The notes beneath the pieces were generated by a model that was given only the letters and a program-made list of their open reading frames with translations, searched no databases and had not been told where the DNA came from. Positions 19,007 to 26,984 of a stretch of 64,000 nucleotides of DNA are shown piece by piece. How positions within the stretch are numbered: the first letter of the stretch is position 1; the number at the start of each line of letters is the position of its first letter. A program made the position numbers and the translations under genes. Source of the DNA: an uncultured Gemmatimonadales bacterium. GTDB taxonomy: Bacteria; Gemmatimonadota; Gemmatimonadetes; Gemmatimonadales; GWC2-71-9. The stretch lies in assembly GCA_963730185.1 (NCBI GenBank), contig CAVSQW010000012.1, positions 224,001 through 288,000 of the forward strand, read 5' to 3'.

Positions 19007-19258
19007 GGAACGACTCCTGGGTGGTGGTCGATGTCGGGAGCAGGCCGCCCGATTCGGAATGCACTTGCCCGGGGTCTGGATTGCCGCCGCGCCAAGACGT
19101 GCGCCGGGCGTCTTGGGCCGCCGCTGGGGCGGGCACCCCACGCCTGAGGAACGGATCAGGATCGTGAGGCGGCGTGAGGTAGTCATTCGAGTCATCGTCC
19201 CTGGCGTGGTCATCGGGGCGTCGGCGGCCGACGCCCGGGCCGTGCATCTGCTGACTCA

Positions 19259-19284
19259 GACGCCGGAGGCCGTGGGGTGTGACA
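19259..19284 (-). promoter_or_regulatory. ECF41-type promoter TGTCACA-N15-CGTC upstream of the CMD/oxidoreductase genes
   Basis: Exact -35/-10 boxes of the ECF41 consensus; identical boxes recur at 20274-20299. Confidence 0.8.
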
Positions 19285-19386
19285 TCCCCCCGCCTCGCTG
19301 CGCCGGTCGGCGGCCGCCCTCGAGGTACCCGCCGGGTGCTACGACGTGGCCGACGACCGGCCCGTCGGGGCGGCGCCCGGCGCTTC

Positions 19387-20265
19387 CTAGGTCACGTGCC
19401 GCAGCTTGTCGGGATTGAGGACTGCATAGAAGGCGTGGATGCTCTCACCGTCGGTAGCGATCGAGGTGGTGCAGAAGACCCGGCCGTCGAGATAGCGAAC
19501 CCAGGTCGGCTCGCCGTTGAGCCGGACGATCCGGTGCGTCACCAGCCCGCGGCCCTTCCGTTCGTACCCCAGCACCATCCGGGCGACCGACCGGGCGCCA
19601 CGCACGACCCGGCGCACCGCCCGCGTCTTGCCCCCCCCATCCGAGGTCCAGCTGACGTCCTCGGTGACGAGGCCGAGGACCGCGTCCTGGTCGTCCGTCT
19701 GGATCGCCACGAGGAATCGCCTGAGGAGCCGGCCGGCCGTGGCTTCGTCCACCGTGAACCGCTGGCGATCTTGCCGGACCCGCCCTCGCGCCCGGTGCAC
19801 GATCTGCCGGCAGGCGGGCTCGCTCCTCTCCAGCGCGTCGGCGATCGTCGCGTAGTCGCTGTCGAAGACGTCGCGCAGCAACAGGGCGGCGCGTTCCTCC
19901 GGGGCCAGCCGCTCGAGCATCAGCAGGAACGCCATGGACAGATCGGAGTCGAGCTCCGCCCGCTCATCCGACCGGGCCCACCGCGCGGTGGCGACTGGTT
20001 CGGGCAGCCACTCGCCGGGATAGGCCCCCCGCTCCGTGCGCGCCCGGCGGAGCCGGTCGATCGCGAGCCGGGTCGCCACCGTGACCAACCACCCCTCCGG
20101 CTCACGGATGGTCGCGGCATCGACGTCATGCCAGCGCAGGAACGCGTCCTGGACCACGTCCTCGCCGTCCTGGACCGAGCCGAGCATCCGGTAGGCGATC
20201 CCGAAAAGCCGGGGCCGGACGCGCTCGAAGGCGGCGGTGCGGTCGAGGAGCGAGGCCATCGTCAT
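19387..20265 (-). CDS. sigJ: ECF41 (SigJ-type) RNA polymerase sigma factor with C-terminal SnoaL-like extension
   Basis: RLFGIAYRMLGS, WLPEP linker, DGGGK and NPDKL motifs. Confidence 0.92.
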   Translation of the reverse strand: MTMASLLDRTAAFERVRPRLFGIAYRMLGSVQDGEDVVQDAFLRWHDVDAATIREPEGWLVTVATRLAIDRLRRARTERGAYPGEWLPEPVATARWARSDERAELDSDLSMAFLLMLERLAPEERAALLLRDVFDSDYATIADALERSEPACRQIVHRARGRVRQDRQRFTVDEATAGRLLRRFLVAIQTDDQDAVLGLVTEDVSWTSDGGGKTRAVRRVVRGARSVARMVLGYERKGRGLVTHRIVRLNGEPTWVRYLDGRVFCTTSIATDGESIHAFYAVLNPDKLRHVT

Positions 20266-20273
20266 GCAGTATA

Positions 20274-20299
20274 GACGGGGCACACCGCGTCGTGTGACA
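20274..20299 (-). promoter_or_regulatory. ECF41-type promoter TGTCACA-N15-CGTC, autoregulatory and probably leaderless
   Basis: -10 box ends 8 nt before ATG 20265. Confidence 0.8.
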
Positions 20300-20559
20300 G
20301 CGGGCGACGGCGGGCACAACTGCCCGGGATTGCGGCACCTTTGCCCGGCCGTTCACCGGTCTGCCCGGATGAACCGGCGGGCGACCGCGGGGTCCTCGCG
20401 TGGCCCGATGAGACCGCCTCGGGGAGGATTGCTCATCGACGGTCCGGCGGCCTGGTCAACGCCCCGGTCCTGAGGGACGGGCATGGCGCGAGGACCGTCC
20501 AAGTCGGCGTCATGTCGCGCGGGTGAGACGGCATCGTCCGCGCTGACGCCGATGACTAC

Positions 20560-21774
20560 GCCTTGAGGGCGCGAAAGCAACCTGGAGGGCCGCTTCGCGG
20601 GCCATGTACTGCTTCGTGAGCGAGCCGCCGAGGAGCCGCGCGAGCGGCGTCAGCGGGCCGGAGAACCGGATCTCCAGCGTCAGGCGGGTGAACCCATAGG
20701 GCGAGTGAGTCGGTGGTCGGCCAGCACGCGGACCCCGGACGAGCGCGTCACCCATGAGAAGGCGCGAAGCGGCTCCAACCCGACCACCGTCCAGACGGCG
20801 GGCCGAAACTTGGGCTGGGTGATCCGGTAGCTCGCGCCCGGTGCCAGCTCCGCCGGGCCCAGCGGCTCGACCGAAATCATGGTCGGAAGCCAGTCCGGCC
20901 AATGCTGAACGTCCGCCAGCATTGGCCAGATCCGCTTCGGCGGCGCGGCGATCAGGTCGCTCGCGATGTACGGGGCGTTCCGGCTCGGGGCGTAGGCGGT
21001 CGGCACCAGCGCCGGCACCCGTTCCCGGTAGCGCTCGTAGACCTCGCCCAGCTGGCGCCGGAGCGCCCGCTCCTCGAAGTACACGCCGACCAGCACGTAG
21101 GCCGAGAGCCCCGCGTTGAAGAGCAGCCGTCCCACCGTCAGGTCGGGCGTGGCCCAGAGACCGACCAGGACGCCGGTCATGATCGGGTGGCGGTCGAACC
21201 GGTACATCCAGCGCTCGCGGAACGGCACCGGGACGGGCGGCCGGTCCCGAAAGCCGCGCCAGCTCTGCTGGAGCCCGAAGAGCTCGAAGTGGTCGATGGC
21301 GAACGTCGCCAGGAACAGGTAGGCCCACCCCAGGAGGGCGAGGCCGGTCAACACTCCCCGCGCCACCGGCGAGCGCACCGACCACACCGCCGCCGGGAGC
21401 GGCTGCCAGAGCAAGATCAGCGGCAGCAGCACCAGACCGGTCGCAAGCAGGAAGGTCGAGCGCTCCATCGACGGATGGATGATCCGGGTCCAGCGCTCCT
21501 TGAACCCCGCCCGCGCCATCACGCTGTGCTGAAGGCCGAACAGCGCCAGCAACCCGAGGTTGGAGAGCACCGCGCCGACCGGGTTGGCGACGCGGACCGG
21601 GCCGCCGGTGAAGGGCACGACACCGAGGCTGACCAGGATCAGCAGCAGCAAGGTCGCGAAGCCCACCGCGTACGACCCGATCCCATAGGCCAGGATCCCG
21701 ATCCGGGGGAAGAGTCGGGTACTTGATAATACCGACCGGTCGGTATGGGTGGCAGCAAGACCACGGGCAGTCAT
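20560..21774 (-). CDS. mddA: MddA-like methanethiol S-methyltransferase fused to a C-terminal SRPBCC domain (SRPBCC frameshifted near 20700)
   Basis: LFGLQHSVMAR..FKERWT...ERST, IDHFELFGLQQ, YRFDRHP, EERAL, YRERVP; then IAAPPKRIWPMLADVQHWPDW; a second frame continues TRLTLEIRFSGPL...EAA. Main ORF stops at 20680; the 3' end is approximate. Confidence 0.75.
21729..21746. promoter_or_regulatory. TetR-type operator, perfect 18-bp palindrome ATACCGACCGGTCGGTAT inside the 5' end of the mddA-like gene
   Basis: Same core upstream of tetR (22441-22454); near-copy at 30619-30635. Confidence 0.75.
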
Positions 21775-21789
21775 GCGAATTCTCTCCTT

Positions 21790-22404
21790 CTAGTCCCGGC
21801 GGGACCGTTTGGGGGAAGCGCCCGGCGGCCCGGCCTGGGCGCGGAGCATGGCAGCGTAGCGGCGAAGCCGGGGGCCGAGGCGCCCGGGATCGCGGTGAGC
21901 CCGAGCGAGCACCACCGCGCCCTCGATGAACGCGAGCAGATCCTCGGCCACCGAGGTCGGGCTCAGGCCCGACATGGGAAGGGCGCGCACGTAGGGCTCG
22001 GCCAGCGACCCCACCATCCCGGCAAGCTCGTCGAACTGCCGGGCGACGTGGCTCTGCAGCTCATCGCTCGCCAGGGCCATCTCGGTGGCCAGCGCGCCGA
22101 TCAGGCAGCCGTTCTCCCAGAGCTGCTCGGCCCGATCGGCCAGGCGCTCCACGAAGAGCGGCAGCCGCTCGGCCGGCGGGGCCTCGGCGACGTCGATCGA
22201 CTGAATCACCTCGAGGCCACGGTGGTAGAAGCGCTCCAGCGCGGCGACGGCCAGCTCTTCCTTGCTCCGGAAGGAGTGGTAGAAGGCACCCTTGCTGACG
22301 CCCGCCTCGGCGCAGATGGCGTCGATGCCCGTCGCCGAGTAGCCCTGGCGGAGCATCAGCTCCATCCCGGCGGAAACCAGTCGTCCCTGCACGTCGCTCG
22401 CCAT
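21790..22404 (-). CDS. TetR/AcrR family regulator (NemR-like)
   Basis: GYSATGIDAICAEAGVSKGAFYHSFRSKEEL; GCLIG; start at 22404 or 22410. Confidence 0.92.
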   Translation of the reverse strand: MASDVQGRLVSAGMELMLRQGYSATGIDAICAEAGVSKGAFYHSFRSKEELAVAALERFYHRGLEVIQSIDVAEAPPAERLPLFVERLADRAEQLWENGCLIGALATEMALASDELQSHVARQFDELAGMVGSLAEPYVRALPMSGLSPTSVAEDLLAFIEGAVVLARAHRDPGRLGPRLRRYAAMLRAQAGPPGASPKRSRRD

Positions 22405-22411
22405 GGCCATC

Positions 22412-22454
22412 ACTCTAGCGCCGGCCAGGCGGAATGTCAAACCGACCGGTCGGT
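22412..22454 (-). promoter_or_regulatory. tetR promoter TTGACA-N17-TAGAGT with adjacent operator ACCGACCGGTCGGT
   Basis: -35 at 22440-22435, -10 at 22417-22412, palindrome at 22441-22454. Confidence 0.78.
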
Positions 22455-22655
22455 ATGGTATGTTGAACGCCCGTTCAAGGCTTCCCCGCCCGGGGCGGAT
22501 CCTCGGGCGGCGGGAGTCCGCCAAGTACGTCCGCCAGTAGTCTCGACCTGGCGCCCGACGATGGCCTCATCCTGCGGCACCTCCGGACGAACCTCGTACC
22601 GGAACGAGGGTCGTGTCATCACGGGGATTCCTGCTCGGAGAAACGGGGGGTAGTG

Positions 22656-22913
22656 TCAAGCGAGGCCCGGGTCGGCGGTGGCGCCGCAGCCCTGGCAGAA
22701 CTTGTCGCCCGGAAAGACCGCCCCGCCGCACCCCGGACAGCTGGTGATCCGGGCGTGGGCGCCGGTCCGGACGGCCATCATCATCCGGGTCTCGCGCCGC
22801 GGAGCATCCGTCGGAGGCGGTGGGGCGGCGCCCACCGGCTCGCCGCATCCGACGCAGTAGACGTCATCAGCGTAGAGCGGCGTCCCGCAATGAGCGCAAG
22901 GCACGGCGGTCAT
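22656..22913 (-). CDS. Double zinc-ribbon protein
   Basis: CAHCG..CVGCG and CPGCG..CQGCG. Confidence 0.75.
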   Translation of the reverse strand: MTAVPCAHCGTPLYADDVYCVGCGEPVGAAPPPPTDAPRRETRMMMAVRTGAHARITSCPGCGGAVFPGDKFCQGCGATADPGLA

Positions 22914-23061
22914 GGGCGGTCGACCTGTCTCGAGGAACGATGTCGCGATTGACGACAAGATAGCCCGTTCGGTGGGGCGCCGAGTTGGCGCCGCGTCAGG
23001 ATCAGCGCTGCGACGGGTCGGGAGCGTAGCGGACGGCCGGCCAACGGGAGTACCCTATGCG

Positions 23062-24093
23062 ATGCTTCCTATCGCCCTGGCGACCGCCTTGCTGGCGCTC
23101 TCGTCCACCGGATCCGGCCCGGCCTGCCCGAGCTGCACCCTCGAGCTCCGGCACATGACCACGCTCGGGGCCGACCGGCGGCTGGCGCTGGCCGATCCGT
23201 CGTACGTGTTCCTCCGGGACGGACGGGGCCACTACCTGGTGGGAGACGGCCACTACGTAACCGAGCTCCTGGAGTTCGACGCCGCCGGCCGATTCGTCGC
23301 CGTCCGGGCGGGCGGCGGCCCCGGGGCGTTCGAGGGCGTCCGGGCTCTCTACCGCTGGCGGGCCGACAGCGTGCTGGCGTTGGACCAGACGATAGGCCGG
23401 CTACTGGTGTTGACGCCGGAGTTGGGCGTCGCCCGATCGGCCCCGTTTCCCGAGCCGAGCATTGGCGACCCCGCCCTGCTCGCCGACGGGCGCCTTCTGG
23501 TCTGGGAGCTGGGCCGCGAGGGCAATCGGGTCCGGACGGTGCCGGTCGACGGCCAGGCCGGGGCGACCATCGACAGCCTCCCGGCCCGGCTCGGGATGGC
23601 TCCCCGACTCCTGGCTCCGGCGTCGGAGGGAGGCTTCTGGCTAGGGCGGATGGATCGCTACGACTTCGAGCTCCGGCAGGCCGACGGGCCGGTGGCCCGC
23701 CGGGTGACCCGGGCGGCGCCGTGGATGGAGGGCGCCGACGGGCCGATCGGCCTGCCCACCACCATCCGGCCCAACCCCAGGATCGTGGCCCTTCAGGACG
23801 ACGGCGAGCGCCTCTGGGTCTGGGGCTTCGTCGCGGCGCCGGGTTGGGCCCCGACCGCCACCTCGGCCGAGCCGTTGGGCGGGTCAGGGCTCCCGAGCGC
23901 CACCGAGCTGACCCAGCTGTTCGACACGATCGTGGAGGTGCTCGATCGAGGCACCGGCGAACTGGTGGCCTCGACCCGGCTGGCGGGCGCCTATCTCGCC
24001 ACGGAGGAGCCCGGGTGGGCGACGAGGGCCGTGCGGGCCTCGGGCGGACGAAGCGAGATCGAGGTCGTGCGCCTCGGACTGACGATTCCCTGA
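23062..24093 (+). CDS. Secreted hypothetical protein (6-bladed beta-propeller-like)
   Basis: Signal peptide from ATG 23062, CPSC, FDAAGRFV, DSVLALD, DTIVEVLDRGTG. Confidence 0.65.
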   Translation: MLPIALATALLALSSTGSGPACPSCTLELRHMTTLGADRRLALADPSYVFLRDGRGHYLVGDGHYVTELLEFDAAGRFVAVRAGGGPGAFEGVRALYRWRADSVLALDQTIGRLLVLTPELGVARSAPFPEPSIGDPALLADGRLLVWELGREGNRVRTVPVDGQAGATIDSLPARLGMAPRLLAPASEGGFWLGRMDRYDFELRQADGPVARRVTRAAPWMEGADGPIGLPTTIRPNPRIVALQDDGERLWVWGFVAAPGWAPTATSAEPLGGSGLPSATELTQLFDTIVEVLDRGTGELVASTRLAGAYLATEEPGWATRAVRASGGRSEIEVVRLGLTIP

Positions 24094-24182
24094 CACATTA
24101 GCCCGGGAGGCCTGTAGCAGTAGCGGTTTAGACTGCACGGGAGGCTCGACAACGATGCGTCCGACCGCATCCGGGCAGAACG

Positions 24183-24236
24183 GTCTTCTTCGTCGAGACC
24201 CCGGTCTTCACGGCGGAGATCCGTGCCCTGCTGCCG
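24183..24236 (+). pseudogene. Possible remnant of a RelE/HigB-type toxin N-terminus
   Basis: Translates VFFVETPVFTAEIRALLP, resembling the HigB-2-like FxETPxF start; very short. Confidence 0.4.
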
Positions 24237-24237
24237 G

Positions 24238-24891
24238 GGTGGCGCGATCGCGGCCGCGTTCTACAACGCCTATCCATCGCGGGTCCTCGGCCTGGTGCTG
24301 GAGGATGGCGGATCCTTGAGCTTCCAGAAGGTCAATGACCAAAAGCGCGACGACCAGCTCAGCGCCTGGCTGCCTCCCGACGACTCGGTTCGAAAGCCGG
24401 CTTCATTCGGGTCGGCTCGCGATGCGTTCGTCGCCGCAATCGACGGGAGTCCGGCGCTCGAACGGGACGACGCCGTGTGGGCACTGCAGACCTACGCTAC
24501 GCTCAGTCAAGGCGACGACGGCCGGTGGATGATCAATCGGGGTCTTTCGGAGTGGCTGGAACAGGACAGCCGCCCCCATCTGCTCAATCTCTTCAGGCGG
24601 CCCTCGCTCACGCCGCTCTTTCAGTGGTCGGTCGCGGCGGTCATCCCGGCGGTCATCTTCCGGAATCTCGACGTGCTCATGCTGATCATCGATCCGGTCC
24701 GGGACGGCGACGAGTTCCCGGCGACCGATCAGAATCAGCAACTCCAACGCGCCCATCCCTCGCTGGTGACGCATCGGACCTACCAGAACACCAGTCACGC
24801 GGCAAAGCTGGAGCGCCCCGAATGGTTTCTGCGGGACGTAGGGGAGTTCATCGACCGGATCAAGGGAGGGGGCCACCTGCGGCCCAAGTAG
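24238..24891 (+). pseudogene. Alpha/beta hydrolase, N-terminally truncated
   Basis: Begins just after the nucleophile elbow (GGAIAAAFYNAYPSRVLGLVLEDGG); C-terminal TSHAAKLERPEWF. Confidence 0.65.
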
Positions 24892-25005
24892 CCACATCGG
24901 GAGTTTGCTGGACCGCTTCACCCGGCCTGGCGTTGTCGTCGCCATCCAGTAGCAGAGAGGCGGCCGCTCGATGTTCCTCGCCGCGGCCCGTTCCCGGCGT
25001 TAGGC
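24891..25005 (+). other. Degenerate attC-like site
   Basis: Left GCC-ACATCGGGAG versus the reverse complement of the right end GCCTAACGCCGGGAA; ends in GTTAGGC; 115 bp; starts at a stop codon. Confidence 0.35.
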
Positions 25006-25437
25006 GTCATCGTCCGTCTGTGGGGCGATCTCCCGCCCGGGCTCTCGCCGGCTCCCGCGGACCGGGCACCGTTCCCGGCGTATCGAAGCTGGTGGGTCCG
25101 ATGGTTCTGGCCGACCGCGATCCCCACGCCCCCTACCGAGGCGGAGCTCAGAGACATCAGCCGGGCCGACGGTGCGGGCACCAGCTCCCGCCAAGGGATC
25201 CCTCAAATGGCTCGCGATCCCATCGTCAGGGTTGATGGTAGCCGCGACCCGGGCGGTGCCCGTGCTCCCGTCCGTGTCGCGCTGATGCTGGGCCTAGGTG
25301 GTTGCCCGGGGGCCGGGCGATCTTCTGCAGGAAGTAGCCGATTACCCGGCGGACAGATAGGGTTTAAGGGAGGCAGGCCGTCGGCAGGGGGTGTCACCTG
25401 CGGGCCCAATACTTGTTAGGCGAATAAGAGACAGGAT

Positions 25438-26421
25438 ATGCTGACCATTTTCACCACCTTGGCCGATTGGCTTGCGTTTGCGCTCCTTGGCTTGGTGCCG
25501 GGCTCAAAGCTAGGTGGTGCAGTCCACTTTTTCATCGAGGATACGACCAAGATATTCTTTCTCTTGGTCGCGATGATCTACGTCATTGCCCTTGTTCGTG
25601 CATCTCTAGACATTGAAAGAGTTCGCAACTATCTGGCCAGGAAGAACAAGTTTATCGGCTATTTCATGGGGTCGATATTCGGAGCGCTAACACCGTTTTG
25701 CTCGTGTTCAAGTATTCCGGTCTTCCTTGGTTTTACATCGGGAGGCATTCCCGTTGGGATAACGATGTCGTTTCTCTTGACGTCGCCGCTGATCAATGAA
25801 GTGGCCGTCCTGCTCTTGTTGAGCTTGGTGGGATGGCACATAACCCTCATCTATGTACTCGTTGGGATGGTGGTCGGCATCACAGGCGGCATATTTCTTG
25901 ACCTTATCCATGCCGAAAGACTCCTACAACCCTTTGCGCTCAAGGCCTATCAATCGGCAAAGCCCGCAGTCGGCAATGACGCAAGCGGACCAACCATTTC
26001 CTTGAGAGATCGGCACGCCTTCGCCAAACGAGAGTTGCTGGACATCTTGAGTCGTGTGTGGAAATGGGTCTTCATAGGTGTGGGCCTTGGCGCTGCATTA
26101 CACGGCTTTGTGCCGGTTTCCTGGATCCAGGCGAACCTTGGAAGCGGGCAATGGTGGTCTGTTCCTTTGGCCGTCCTCCTCGGTATTCCGCTCTACTCAA
26201 ATGCCACCGGTGTCATTCCTGTCATGGAGAGCTTGATCGCCAAAGGCCTGCCGGTCGGCACCACCTTGGCATTCTGCATGAGCACCGTAGCCGCCAGTTT
26301 CCCGGAATTCATATTGCTGAAGCAGGTTATGACCTGGAGGTTGCTTGCGACTATTTTTGTGCTCCTGCTTGCATCCTTTACCGTGGTGGGGTGGACCCTG
26401 AATGCCATTCATTTCAATTAG
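25438..26421 (+). CDS. ArsP/DUF318-type permease (low-GC segment)
   Basis: TPFCSCSSIPVF, SPLINEV, GIPLYSNATGVIP, SFPE. Confidence 0.9.
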   Translation: MLTIFTTLADWLAFALLGLVPGSKLGGAVHFFIEDTTKIFFLLVAMIYVIALVRASLDIERVRNYLARKNKFIGYFMGSIFGALTPFCSCSSIPVFLGFTSGGIPVGITMSFLLTSPLINEVAVLLLLSLVGWHITLIYVLVGMVVGITGGIFLDLIHAERLLQPFALKAYQSAKPAVGNDASGPTISLRDRHAFAKRELLDILSRVWKWVFIGVGLGAALHGFVPVSWIQANLGSGQWWSVPLAVLLGIPLYSNATGVIPVMESLIAKGLPVGTTLAFCMSTVAASFPEFILLKQVMTWRLLATIFVLLLASFTVVGWTLNAIHFN

Positions 26422-26430
26422 GAGATGCCA

Positions 26431-26664
26431 ATGAAGGAAATACTGGTGTTAGGCAGCGGTTGCGCCAAGTGCGTCAAGACGGCGGCATTCATTCAATCGG
26501 TTGCTACCGAATTCAGCATTCCCGTCAATGTGGTCAAGGAAACCAGTCCGGAAGTGATCATGAGCTATGGAGTAATGAGTACGCCAGCCGTCGTTGTCGA
26601 CAATACTTTAGTGTACTCGGGGTCCATTCCCGATAGAAAGACAGTGGAAGGTTGGCTGAAATAG
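26431..26664 (+). CDS. Small thioredoxin-like redox-active disulfide protein (Thioredoxin_3)
   Basis: MKEILVLGSGCAKC, YGVMSTPAVVVD, GSIP. Confidence 0.9.
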   Translation: MKEILVLGSGCAKCVKTAAFIQSVATEFSIPVNVVKETSPEVIMSYGVMSTPAVVVDNTLVYSGSIPDRKTVEGWLK

Positions 26665-26984
26665 GCAACAAGGCTCGTCGAGGTGATCAAACGCCTGCCG
26701 GACGAGGCGCCGCGCCGCCTGCTCCTGGTCGGTCCGGCCTGATAGCTCCCACCCCGCCCAGTCGGTATCTTTCCACCCAGGTGATCTGGTGGTACCGCAT
26801 GGTCGACGTCTTTCTTGGGGCGGAGACTCGAAGTCTTCGGTATCCTGGGTCACCCTTCCATTGCGCCTCGGTGTTGCACTGAGAAACATGAGCCGAGGTC
26901 CCGAGTTTCCCTTCCAAAGCCGCGGCCGCGGCTGACGGCACGTCGTTCGGCGGGCAAACATCTCGGGTCTGATGAGGGATCGCA

